A DNA stretch of 64,000 bases, from IMG/VR virus record IMGVR_UViG_3300025687_000041. One strand, given 5' to 3'. The stretch comes from an uncultured virus (IMG/VR IMGVR_UViG_3300025687_000041). Taxonomy: Duplodnaviria; Heunggongvirae; Uroviricota; Caudoviricetes. Positions 1 to 8,693 of the stretch are shown here, in pieces (position 1 is the first letter of the stretch; each line of letters opens with the position of its first letter). A program made the position numbers and the translations under genes. The notes below the pieces were generated by a model that worked only from the letters and a program-made list of their open reading frames with translations, made no database searches and was not told the origin of the DNA.

Positions 1-143
1 TTGATGATAGTTGCCGATGTTGATGCACAAGCAGGTGTCTCACCGGTATGCTGGACAGCATACCGCTTTTTTGCGCCCGCGTCAAGCGCCAAGTGATGAT
101 AGTTGCCGAGGTGGAAGCAGATGTGGCAGCGGCAGCGCAACGT

Positions 144-159
144 ATTAACAGGTGTTAAT
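144..159. repeat. Palindromic motif ATTAACA-NN-TGTTAAT, first of 12 copies (others at 732, 934, 1464, 1977, 3113, 3978, 5184, 7099, 7873, 63292, 63901)
   Basis: ATTAACA GG TGTTAAT read directly; other copies have 0-1 arm mismatches and a spacer of 2 (1 at 732, 3 at 63292). Confidence 0.85.
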
Positions 160-240
160 GCACCGCGAAGTGGAGCTTTTTCGTTTTTCGTTATGCTGGG
201 CTCCAGCATAACGAACTTTTTGCAGCCTGTCAAGCACCAA

Positions 241-565
241 CCTTTGTTCCGCTTGTTCCGCAATGTTCCGGTGCTCCGGAACACAGCAAGTCCTTGATTT
301 ATAAGGCTTTTCCGGGCTTTTTATATATATTGTTCCATTGTTCCATATATATAAGAAGGATACGTGGGGCAAAATTTACCCCCAACACGTGTAAACGCGT
401 TTTTTCTATGTTGGTCAGAAAGAGGAGACCTCGGCATGCCCGTAATACCACCGGAACAACGGAACAATCCCCCAACGAACAACCCAACATCTTGATTTCA
501 AACAACTTTCCCGCAAACCTCATTTTCGGAACAATCGCCACAAACCCCCCAAAATCCGGAACAAG
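241..565. promoter_or_regulatory. Candidate replication origin: TGTTCC/GGAACA iterons around an AT-rich core
   Basis: TGTTCC at 245, 254, 264, 331, 339; GGAACA at 278, 453, 461, 528, 558; (TA)n tracts at about 321-353; non-coding context. Confidence 0.5.
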
Positions 566-654
566 CCCGCTGCCCAACACAGAAACGCGTTGTTTTCACG
601 TGTTCGCCGCCCATCACAACCCTGCCAGCCTCGAAACGAGAGTGTCCAAAATGC

Positions 655-683
655 TTGACATGTGCCCCTACTTATGCTATAAT
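655..683 (+). promoter_or_regulatory. Consensus sigma70 early promoter
   Basis: TTGACA-17-TATAAT with extended -10 TG. Confidence 0.9.
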
Positions 684-763
684 TGTTATTACAGTAGTAG
701 AAGTAACCAATTTTCTTTGTTCCACAATCTTATTAACAGTGTTAACAAATAGGAGTTCGCACC

Positions 764-973
764 ATGAACACAGACTGCCTGATCTGTGGCTCAGCCATTG
801 AGCCCAAGGAAAGGCTTGCCATAAGTTCTTTGTGCAAGCCATGCGGAGAGCGTGACGCGATCCAAGCCCGAACCCGCTGGTGCGTTGCACCCATGCACAA
901 GAGCAACTATGTGCTAATAACTGACCGGGATTTATTAACTGGTGTTAATAATAAGGGAGGACTGGTGAAATGA
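764..973 (+). CDS. Small hypothetical protein with two CxxC pairs
   Basis: AGGAG RBS; CLIC and CKPC motifs; first gene after the promoter. Confidence 0.7.
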   Translation: MNTDCLICGSAIEPKERLAISSLCKPCGERDAIQARTRWCVAPMHKSNYVLITDRDLLTGVNNKGGLVK

Positions 974-1245
974 AGATGAGTATGGCTGAGGATGTTAAAT
1001 GGTATTGCAGGTATATTGCAAAAGACGGATTTGACCTATCCCGTGCCGTGCTATGGCAGCACAAGCGGGTCAATGCGCGGGCGTTTCCACTAAACCCCGG
1101 AATTTTAATTGCCGAACGACGCGACGAGCGTTCCGGGTTTCAAACCGATGCGTTGTATCTATACCCCGACCGTTCCATGCTGATTATGTCTCGCACTGTC
1201 CATAAAACCAATTTAGCCGCAACTAAGGGAGGAATAATCCGATGA
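970..1245 (+). CDS. Hypothetical protein
   Basis: GGAGG RBS; ATGA overlap with the upstream gene. Confidence 0.65.
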   Translation: MKMSMAEDVKWYCRYIAKDGFDLSRAVLWQHKRVNARAFPLNPGILIAERRDERSGFQTDALYLYPDRSMLIMSRTVHKTNLAATKGGIIR

Positions 1246-1451
1246 AAACCCTGCTGCTAGGCGAGATGATCACCAACTCGGACAACCCCAATGCCGTTTT
1301 GGTTCAGCGCTTGGAATCGGTGCTGCATTTCAAAAACACCGATGTTGCGATGACGGCAGGAGAAGCGTACTTAATGGACGGGGGCGATGGATGGTGCATC
1401 GTCGAGAATTGCGACGAGGTTAATTTTTTAATCGGAAAAAAGTCGCGTTAA
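1242..1451 (+). CDS. Hypothetical protein
   Basis: GGAGG RBS; ATGA overlap. Confidence 0.65.
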   Translation: MKTLLLGEMITNSDNPNAVLVQRLESVLHFKNTDVAMTAGEAYLMDGGDGWCIVENCDEVNFLIGKKSR

Positions 1452-1490
1452 CACACGGGTTCAATTAACACGTGATAATAAGTTTCGTGA

Positions 1491-1606
1491 AAGGCGCGCA
1501 GACATAAGCCTTGTAGATGTGGTCTGCGGTCCGGTGCCGTTTAGGTGGATTCATGGCACCCCCTAACCCCGTGCCGGTGAGCACGGTACTAATCTACAGA
1601 CTCACC
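1491..1606 (+). ncRNA. Candidate multi-pseudoknot structured RNA (intergenic)
   Basis: Six complementary segment pairs within 116 nt (see findings). Confidence 0.45.
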
Positions 1607-1637
1607 ACAACTAACCAACTGACTTTAGGAGATACGA

Positions 1638-1793
1638 ATGAAAACCAAACCAATCCCGGCACCCGTTGTGCCGATGAAAACACCCCGGTTCACCGACGGG
1701 AAATTCCAAACCCATCCGTATGTGCCAGCGTGTGCGACGGACATTGCCAAAACCTTTGAGCGTGTGTACGCGCAGATTCGGAGGAAGAAATGA
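1638..1793 (+). CDS. 51-aa hypothetical protein (MKTKPIPAP...), below the ORF-track cutoff
   Basis: AGGAG RBS; ATG 1638 to TGA 1793; ATGA overlap with the next gene. Confidence 0.6.
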   Translation: MKTKPIPAPVVPMKTPRFTDGKFQTHPYVPACATDIAKTFERVYAQIRRKK

Positions 1794-1981
1794 TCGACCG
1801 GCTAACGGGCAAGCCCGTGCAGGTAGGGTCTGTGCTGGTGCGACGCTACCGAGGGCATCCGACACGGTACGAGATTACCGCTATGACCGAGGCAGTGGTG
1901 CAGGTGCGCAAGCTGGGAGCGCAGGATCAGTGGGTCTACATGAGCGTGGAGCCACAAGTTCTTCAACTACAAACAAATTAA
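1790..1981 (+). CDS. Hypothetical protein
   Basis: GGAGG RBS; translational coupling to the upstream gene. Confidence 0.6.
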   Translation: MIDRLTGKPVQVGSVLVRRYRGHPTRYEITAMTEAVVQVRKLGAQDQWVYMSVEPQVLQLQTN

Positions 1982-1995
1982 CAGGAGTTAATAAA

Positions 1996-2799
1996 ATGCC
2001 TTTCACGTACGAATACTTTAAGGACAGGTACCTCAACACCAAGCCTATCCGTGGCAGAAGCGCAGACATTCGCCCCATCGGGATGCGGCATCGGGACTGG
2101 GAGCGGTTGGAGATGGACGGCGACGTGGTTGCGTGTGTTCTGTACAACACCCAAGTGGTGCGCTACTACCCCGACGGCAGGGTTGGGATCAGGTGCGACA
2201 CTTGGCACACGACATCAACCGCGCGGTTCGTCCATGAGTGGTCGCCGTTCAGTTGCAATAAGACTTATAACCGGCTGTGGGTTTACGCAAGTGGGATCGC
2301 CTACCCTGTGCCGCACAAGGACGAGATTGTTTTCGAGACGGTTGAGGACAAGTGGGTGCCGACCAAGCCTGTGGTGATGCACCAGCGGGTAGTTGACCGT
2401 GACGCGATGAAACGAGCGCGGGAGCCGTACAAAGAGTTCCTCCAGTGGGGTGTGGCGTTCCTCAAAATGTCAGATGGCTGGCTGATGGGGACAACTTCGC
2501 GGGAGCTTGGGATCTGCACCACGCGCCCTGATGTGAATGTGTTGTCGTTGGCAGCTAACCCGGATACGTACGCCCATGCGCTGTTCAATATGTTCTGGTC
2601 TGAGTGGTCTGGGTACGATAGGCGTCGGTACAACTTTGTGAATAGCTCGGGCGAAACCGAAACGATGTACGACGTGCGAGTTATGCCCACGAAGTTTAAG
2701 GATCGGCTATATGGGCTGATTACAAAGCGTGCTGGAGGCAGCGTGTTTGCGCTCAGGGAGGTTAAGCCGGGGCCAAAGCCCATTACTGATGTTGTCTAA
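1996..2799 (+). CDS. Hypothetical protein (start re-called at ATG 1996, MPFTYEYF)
   Basis: AGGAG RBS inside the palindrome at 1977-1992; the upstream extension overlaps two other genes. Confidence 0.75.
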   Translation: MPFTYEYFKDRYLNTKPIRGRSADIRPIGMRHRDWERLEMDGDVVACVLYNTQVVRYYPDGRVGIRCDTWHTTSTARFVHEWSPFSCNKTYNRLWVYASGIAYPVPHKDEIVFETVEDKWVPTKPVVMHQRVVDRDAMKRAREPYKEFLQWGVAFLKMSDGWLMGTTSRELGICTTRPDVNVLSLAANPDTYAHALFNMFWSEWSGYDRRRYNFVNSSGETETMYDVRVMPTKFKDRLYGLITKRAGGSVFALREVKPGPKPITDVV

Positions 2800-2804
2800 A
2801 ACAC

Positions 2805-2833
2805 TTGACATCAAAGTCTAGGTATGTTATAAT
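2805..2833 (+). promoter_or_regulatory. Consensus sigma70 promoter
   Basis: TTGACA-17-TATAAT with extended -10 TG. Confidence 0.9.
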
Positions 2834-2879
2834 GTTTATAACAGTGGTTATGGTGACTACTGTTTTCTAGGAGAGTGAC

Positions 2880-3971
2880 ATGGCTGTTATCAATTTCGGA
2901 CACTCGGTGTCCCTGACTCAGTTCGCGGATGCCATCGCTACAGTTGGCGACAAAGTAACCATCATCGGGCAAGGCGAGCCGGGTATCGGCAAGAGTTCCA
3001 TGCTCAAAGTGTTGGCCGCTCGGTTCCCGGAGTACGAGATTGCGTACATCGACTGCACCCTGCTGGACTTGGGTGACTTTGCGTTACCGTACACCGAGAC
3101 AATCCAAAACGAATTAACAGGTGTTAATAAGAAGGTGACGAGGTTCGCGCCCAATGCTCGGTTCAAGTTTCATACCGGCAAACCCGTGATCATTATGCTC
3201 GACGAGATCGGCAAAGCGATGAAAGCAGTTAAGAATGTGCTGCTCACGCTCATGCTGGAGGGGCGCATCGGGGATGACTATCTACCCGAGGGCTCTAAGG
3301 TGTTCGGCGCCACTAACCTGATGACTGACGGGGTGGGGGATATGCTTGAGGCTCACGCTCGCAACCGCGTGGCGCTGGTGACTGTGCGCAAGCCTGATGC
3401 TGACGAGTGGATCGAGTGGGCGATTCAGAACGACATTGACCCGACCATCATTGCTTGGACAAAGCAGTTTCCACATGCGCTGGCAAGCTACACCGACGCA
3501 TCGCAGTCCGACAATCCGTACATCTTCAACCCGACGCGTGCAGGCAGTGGAGCGGTTGTCACACCAAGATCTTTAGAGAAAGCGAGCCACATCGCCAAGC
3601 AGCGTGAAGTGTTGGGTGATGCGCTGACCATCTCTCTGCTGACGGGGACTATCGGTGAGTCTGCGGCACGTGACATGCAAGCGTTCTTTACGGTGGTGGA
3701 CAAGCTGCCTACGTGGGATGCCATCACTAACAACCCGAGTGGGGCTAAGTTGCCTGACGATACGGTGGCGCGGTGCATCCTTGTGTTCTCGGCTATTACT
3801 CGCGTGACTAAGGATACGCTGGCTAAGTGGATGGTGTACGTACAACGTATGGACATGGAGTGGCAAGCCCTGTTCGCTACGAGCGTGATGAAGTCTAGGG
3901 ACAAGCAGTCGTTCTGCGTGATGAACAAGGATTTCAAGGACTGGGCGCTGAAGAATCAGTGGTTGTTCTGA
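2880..3971 (+). CDS. AAA+ ATPase (MoxR/dynein-related type)
   Basis: Walker A GEPGIGKS, Walker B IIMLDE, sensor ATN, TPRS motif. Confidence 0.85.
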   Translation: MAVINFGHSVSLTQFADAIATVGDKVTIIGQGEPGIGKSSMLKVLAARFPEYEIAYIDCTLLDLGDFALPYTETIQNELTGVNKKVTRFAPNARFKFHTGKPVIIMLDEIGKAMKAVKNVLLTLMLEGRIGDDYLPEGSKVFGATNLMTDGVGDMLEAHARNRVALVTVRKPDADEWIEWAIQNDIDPTIIAWTKQFPHALASYTDASQSDNPYIFNPTRAGSGAVVTPRSLEKASHIAKQREVLGDALTISLLTGTIGESAARDMQAFFTVVDKLPTWDAITNNPSGAKLPDDTVARCILVFSAITRVTKDTLAKWMVYVQRMDMEWQALFATSVMKSRDKQSFCVMNKDFKDWALKNQWLF

Positions 3972-3995
3972 AAACAAATTAACAGGAGTTAATAA

Positions 3996-5183
3996 ATGAC
4001 TACCAAACTAACCGTTGAGCAGCGCATCCAACGTGCGCATGTGTGGCTGATGAAGCATCCGAAGTATTGCCTGTACTCGGGCATCTTCATGCTGGGCAAA
4101 GTGTCGGTCGAGGATGATCTACCAACCGCAGCGACCAATGGGCGGGATGTGCTCTATGGCAGGGAGTTCTCATCGAAGCTACCCGACGAGCAGTTACGTG
4201 CCGTGATCCTGCACGAGAATCTGCATAAAGCGTTCCGGCATCTGACCACGTGGAAACATCTGTACAAGGAGCATGCGCAGCTTGCGAACATTGCATGTGA
4301 CTATGTGATCAACCTGCTGATCGAGAACGACGGTGTGGTGCTGCCTGACTGCGCACTACTTGACCCGAAGTACCGAGGGTGGGATGCACAGCGCGTCTAT
4401 AAAGATCTTAAGCAGCAAGCTGAGGAGGGCTCCGTACGCATCAAGACCAAAGGAGATCCGGTAGGCAAGGACGTGCCTGTGGATGAGGCCGACAGTATGG
4501 ACGCCCATGACTGGGAAGCGGCCGAGGAGATGAGTACCGAGGAGAAAGAAGTTTTGGCGAAGGACATAGACCAAGCCTTACGCCAAGGTGCGATCCTCGC
4601 TGGCAAGTTGGGTGGCAATGTTCCACGTGAAATCACCGATGCGCTGGAGTCCAAGGTGGACTGGCGCGAAGCGTTGCGCGAGTTCGTGACTAGCTTTTGT
4701 CAGGATAAGGACGAGTCCACGTGGCGCAGACCATCTCGGCGGTGGATAGGCGAAGATGTTTACATGCCATCTCTAATCGGTGAGTCTGTTGGACGCATCG
4801 TGGTTGCCATCGACACATCAGGCTCTATCGGGCCGCAGGAGATCGGGCAGTTCTTAGGCGAGATCCGCAAGATCTGTGAGACGGTTACACCCGAGGGGAT
4901 TGACCTGTTGTATTGGGACACACGGGTAGCGCAGCACGAGAAGTATGAGCGTGATCAGCTAGAGGACTTGTTGTCCAGCACCAAGCCACGGGGCGGTGGC
5001 GGGACTGCGCCTAGTTGCATCACTAAGTATATCGCCAAGCATAAACTCAAGCCCGAGTGTGCGGTTGTGCTAAGTGATGGGTACGTGGGTAGTGACTGGG
5101 GTGGCACATGGCCGTGCCCTGTGCTGTGGGGTATCACGTCGGACCAAGTAAGCGAGACCGGTAAGACGGTCCGCGTCCAATAA
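3996..5183 (+). CDS. DUF2201-type metallopeptidase plus vWA-like domain protein
   Basis: HENLH (HExxH), NIACDYVIN, MIDAS DTSGS, GGGGT, SDGY. Confidence 0.85.
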   Translation: MTTKLTVEQRIQRAHVWLMKHPKYCLYSGIFMLGKVSVEDDLPTAATNGRDVLYGREFSSKLPDEQLRAVILHENLHKAFRHLTTWKHLYKEHAQLANIACDYVINLLIENDGVVLPDCALLDPKYRGWDAQRVYKDLKQQAEEGSVRIKTKGDPVGKDVPVDEADSMDAHDWEAAEEMSTEEKEVLAKDIDQALRQGAILAGKLGGNVPREITDALESKVDWREALREFVTSFCQDKDESTWRRPSRRWIGEDVYMPSLIGESVGRIVVAIDTSGSIGPQEIGQFLGEIRKICETVTPEGIDLLYWDTRVAQHEKYERDQLEDLLSSTKPRGGGGTAPSCITKYIAKHKLKPECAVVLSDGYVGSDWGGTWPCPVLWGITSDQVSETGKTVRVQ

Positions 5184-5217
5184 GTTAACACCTGTTAATA
5201 AATTAAGGAGAGTGCAA

Positions 5218-6090
5218 ATGAGTATTCAGAACGCATCAATGTTGGTTGACCTGAACATCTCGGCATGGACTGGTCGCAAGATGGACAAGAAAGTCTCGGA
5301 CGAGATCGACGTTGCCAAAAACACCAAGGGGCGAGCGGGGAACTATCACAAGGCGCTGCTCGGTAACACTGGCAAGCTGGCCGAGTTGCAGAAACTTGTC
5401 GGTGCGATTCGCGTGTGGCACTACGAGCAGACACTGCCGTGGTCGGATGCGGGTTCGCGGCTGCTACCCATGAAGAACTTCTTTGACTACAAGGCAATGC
5501 TGGCCGACTACGAGATTCAGTTCAAGGAAGCGGTCGATGAGTTCTTGACCGAGTACCCGACGCTGGTGAGTGCGGCTGCGTTCCAGCTAGGCGATCTGTT
5601 CGATGCAGACGAGTATCCCGACGCGCACAAGCTGGAGGATAAGTTCAAGTTCCGGTATGTGTTCCTGCCCGTGCCGGAGATCGGGGACTTCAGGATTGAC
5701 GTGAACGAGGAGCATCTCGGGGAGTTGAAATCCCAGTACGAATCGTTTTATCAGAACAAGTTGTCAGAAGCTATGCAAGATGCATGGAGCCGGCTCCATG
5801 AATGTCTGACTCGGATGAGTGAGAAGCTGGCCGACTCGGAATCACCGCGCACCAGCAAAGACGGAGAGGTCATCAAGACTCAGATCTTCCGCGACACGCT
5901 GGTCACTAATGCGGTGGAGTTGTGCGGGCTGCTGACTAAGCTGAACGTGACGGGCGATACCAAACTGGAGACTGCCCGTAAACAGCTTGAGACAGCAATC
6001 GTTGGAGTATCAGCTAAGGATCTCAGAGAGAACGATACAACACGTTTAGATGTGAAGTCCAAGGTCGATCAGATTCTTTCTATGTTTTAA
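5218..6090 (+). CDS. Conserved phage protein (DUF3150-like)
   Basis: Helical protein with ISAWTGRK and TLPWSD motifs, directly after the AAA/vWA pair; family name from memory. Confidence 0.55.
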   Translation: MSIQNASMLVDLNISAWTGRKMDKKVSDEIDVAKNTKGRAGNYHKALLGNTGKLAELQKLVGAIRVWHYEQTLPWSDAGSRLLPMKNFFDYKAMLADYEIQFKEAVDEFLTEYPTLVSAAAFQLGDLFDADEYPDAHKLEDKFKFRYVFLPVPEIGDFRIDVNEEHLGELKSQYESFYQNKLSEAMQDAWSRLHECLTRMSEKLADSESPRTSKDGEVIKTQIFRDTLVTNAVELCGLLTKLNVTGDTKLETARKQLETAIVGVSAKDLRENDTTRLDVKSKVDQILSMF

Positions 6091-6100
6091 GGAGAGTGCC

Positions 6101-6886
6101 ATGTTGCTAATCGAAAATACCGATCAGCTTAGCCCCGTTGTAACTTCGCTGCTAAAGGACTTACGACGAACCCATGTGAGCAGGTTCCCCGTCCGGATAG
6201 AGGTGTTGAACCCATCATCTGTCCGGTTCCACGACACTAGATTTCCGTCGGGTACTTTGCTTGCCTCTTTGTACCGGGATAAGGATGCGTGGGTAGTTCA
6301 GTCTAGGCTAATCAACCAATCACGGTTCAATGGGGCGCGTAAGCATCAAAAGCGAACTGGAGATGTGAAAAAGGTGCTCAGGTATCTGCGCGACTTCGCC
6401 ATATCGTTCACACCAGAAGAGGTTGCCAACAGGACATTTCACACGTACGACAATGAGGTTGATGCGTGGAAGTATTCTCTGCGTACGGCGTTCATCGAGG
6501 CGTTTTCGACTACACAATCTGATCTTATAGTCGAGGTCGAACGCATGGTGGCTTCCGGTTACGTACCACGCACGCCATCATTTATTAGGATGTACGACAA
6601 GGGTATCGCTGCCGCCAAGGAGTGGGACCGCATGAAATCGCGTCAGATTATGAAGGTGAGCATAACGATAAACGCGGATGATACGGTCGATATGTTTTCC
6701 TATGACAAGTTAGGGTATGGGGGAATCAACAGAGGGCTTACGGTGCTCCCATCGCTACTAGCCGCTCCGGCCTGTGTACAAGAAGCGGTAGCCATGCTGC
6801 GCCTAGTCGATGAGGGGAAGCTAGTCCCCGAGGTTGGCATGCGCACACGCCCTAACACTTTCTGGGTTGAGGTACTCGCAGAATAA
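6101..6886 (+). CDS. Hypothetical protein
   Basis: 261-aa ORF with AAGGAG RBS. Confidence 0.75.
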   Translation: MLLIENTDQLSPVVTSLLKDLRRTHVSRFPVRIEVLNPSSVRFHDTRFPSGTLLASLYRDKDAWVVQSRLINQSRFNGARKHQKRTGDVKKVLRYLRDFAISFTPEEVANRTFHTYDNEVDAWKYSLRTAFIEAFSTTQSDLIVEVERMVASGYVPRTPSFIRMYDKGIAAAKEWDRMKSRQIMKVSITINADDTVDMFSYDKLGYGGINRGLTVLPSLLAAPACVQEAVAMLRLVDEGKLVPEVGMRTRPNTFWVEVLAE

Positions 6887-6901
6887 GAACCGTTGTGGTG
6901 C

Positions 6902-6930
6902 TTGACATAGTTCAACTGGAGCTATATATT
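6902..6930 (+). promoter_or_regulatory. sigma70 promoter
   Basis: TTGACA-17-TATATT in an intergenic gap. Confidence 0.7.
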
Positions 6931-6955
6931 ACGTACACAACAAAGGTTCTTATAG

Positions 6956-7219
6956 ATGCGCTACATAGTCCGCGTTACATTCGACAGCAACCAAGTGCAT
7001 TCCATTCGGGCCATAGACAATCGAGACATCGAGTTCATAGACATCCCAAACTTGGCGGTAGCGCCGAAGTTCGTGTCAGAGCGGTTTGCGCTGCTCAGAT
7101 TAACAAATGTTAATAAATCTAGGAGAGGAGAACGTATAGGACGCAAGCTAGAAGAAGATGTAATCGTGATCTACATATCGTATGACGAGTATCAACAAAT
7201 CAAGGAAGAGTGCAAATGA
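6956..7219 (+). CDS. Hypothetical protein
   Basis: Follows the promoter; ATGA overlap with the next gene. Confidence 0.65.
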   Translation: MRYIVRVTFDSNQVHSIRAIDNRDIEFIDIPNLAVAPKFVSERFALLRLTNVNKSRRGERIGRKLEEDVIVIYISYDEYQQIKEECK

Positions 7220-7593
7220 AAAAGATCTCAGTTCGCAAACAAGTTATCGCAACCCTCGCCGCATCCAAAGCGCCTATGACTCCGAAAGAAATCATAGCCA
7301 AAATCAAACGGCCATCGGCTCAGGTGTACACGGCGATATCGAAACTGTTTAGTGCTGGTACCGTAGACAAGATAGGTACGGGGTACATCCTGCTGCCAGA
7401 GGACGCCGCGCCGCCCGCACCCAAACCCGCTACAGTCGCGCCCCCAGCCCCGTCACGCCGAGAGTTGGACACGGCCAAAGAAGAGATCGCCGGGTTGCAA
7501 CATCAGTTGCGCAAAATGTCAACCCAATACTACGACGCGATGGCGGTCGTCAGGTATCTTGAAGCCAAGCTCATCTCGACTGCTGTAGAGTGA
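7216..7593 (+). CDS. Putative winged-HTH protein with Pro-rich linker and coiled coil
   Basis: MTPKEIIAKIKRPSAQVYTAISKL pattern. Confidence 0.55.
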   Translation: MKKISVRKQVIATLAASKAPMTPKEIIAKIKRPSAQVYTAISKLFSAGTVDKIGTGYILLPEDAAPPAPKPATVAPPAPSRRELDTAKEEIAGLQHQLRKMSTQYYDAMAVVRYLEAKLISTAVE

Positions 7594-7600
7594 GCAAGAA

Positions 7601-7936
7601 ATGTCCACGCCTGAGAAAAAGGTGAAGGACAAAGTGAAGAAGCTGTTGGCTGCGCATGGGGCTTACCACTTCATGCCAGCCACGCACGGCTACGGTGCTT
7701 CCGGGGTTCCCGATATTGTGGCTTGCCTACGTGGACGGTTCCTCGGCATCGAGTGCAAAGCCAACGGCAATCAGCCTACGGATCTTCAGCTAAAGAACTT
7801 GCGGGAACTATCATCTGCGGGCGGGGTTGCCATCCTAGTCGACGAAACTGGCTTGGAATCTTTTGCTGATTTATTAACACGTGTTAATGAGTTACCAGAT
7901 TCCGCTAGTTTTAATTTTTTACGGAGTGCAAAGTGA
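7601..7936 (+). CDS. VRR-NUC domain nuclease (Holliday-junction-resolvase-like)
   Basis: PE...GVPD...IECK...Q motifs. Confidence 0.85.
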   Translation: MSTPEKKVKDKVKKLLAAHGAYHFMPATHGYGASGVPDIVACLRGRFLGIECKANGNQPTDLQLKNLRELSSAGGVAILVDETGLESFADLLTRVNELPDSASFNFLRSAK

Positions 7937-8040
7937 GATACACGACGTTCAGACAAAAACAAGACATGTTGGTCGGTGTAGGCATGGCTATCGCCGCCCT
8001 CTCCCTGCTGCTTCTGATCCTTTTTGGGGTCGTACAATGA
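7933..8040 (+). CDS. 35-aa single-TM membrane peptide
   Basis: GTGA and ATGA overlaps at both ends; hydrophobic stretch LVGVGMAIAALSLLLLILFGVV. Confidence 0.5.
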   Translation: MRYTTFRQKQDMLVGVGMAIAALSLLLLILFGVVQ

Positions 8041-8279
8041 CAACAACCAAAAAACAAACGACGGCCAACGATCTACAGGTTGGCGGTGCGCACTACAAAG
8101 GCAGGGCAATCCAGCCTTGGGACTACATTGCCGGGAACGAGATCCCGTATCTAGCCGGGAACGCCATCAAGTACCTGTCGCGGTATCGAGACAAGAACGG
8201 TGCTGAGGACATTCGCAAGGCGATCCACTACTGCCAAAAAATATTAGAAGTTGAGTACGGTGATGCCAAGGGTCTATAA
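8037..8279 (+). CDS. DUF3310 (SaV-like) protein
   Basis: QVGGAHY...GNAIKYLSR..K...EDIRKAIHY. Confidence 0.85.
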   Translation: MTTTKKQTTANDLQVGGAHYKGRAIQPWDYIAGNEIPYLAGNAIKYLSRYRDKNGAEDIRKAIHYCQKILEVEYGDAKGL

Positions 8280-8682
8280 GTCCGTAGTGCGTGATGCGGT
8301 CGATGCGCTACTTGCTGACGGAGAACCCCGTACCATTGCACAGATTACCGACGAGCTTGGCCTGAAGCAGCACTCGGTCAGTAGCGCGGTCATCCATGCG
8401 AGAAAGAAGTACGGCTCCGGCACTGGTGGCTTTGTGATCGTCAACTACTCACTACAACGTGGCAACGGTGGTAGGGAAGCACCCATGTACCTGCGTGGGT
8501 TCGACGGGTTGTTCGACGCGCCGCGCCCTGCGTTTGGTATCAAGACAATCCGAGCCGCAAAGTTGCGCTACGCCAAGAAGATGCGCGTGGTCATCAACGG
8601 CAAGACGACGAAGAGCCGGGGTAAAACTCAGAATCATTGGTTACAGATCCTCGGTATGCGCCAACACAACTACAAGTTTTAG
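8263..8682 (+). CDS. Putative HTH DNA-binding protein
   Basis: TIAQITDELGLKQHSVSSAV. Confidence 0.55.
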   Translation: MPRVYKSVVRDAVDALLADGEPRTIAQITDELGLKQHSVSSAVIHARKKYGSGTGGFVIVNYSLQRGNGGREAPMYLRGFDGLFDAPRPAFGIKTIRAAKLRYAKKMRVVINGKTTKSRGKTQNHWLQILGMRQHNYKF

Positions 8683-8693
8683 GAGGAGAACAC

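Noticed and set aside
103..752. ORF-track ORFs at the left end
   Set aside because: They lack RBSs and run through iterons, AT tracts and a promoter; the region looks non-coding.
1720..1995. N-terminal extension of the 359-aa ORF
   Set aside because: It overlaps two smaller RBS-bearing genes, and a strong RBS precedes ATG 1996.
7749..7758. GAGTGCA inside the VRR-NUC gene as an sRNA target
   Set aside because: It encodes the catalytic IECK motif and is not at a start codon.
144..7888. Palindromic repeats as a CRISPR array or integron attC sites
   Set aside because: Spacing is irregular (hundreds to thousands of bp), several copies lie inside genes, and no cas operon or integron integrase is present.
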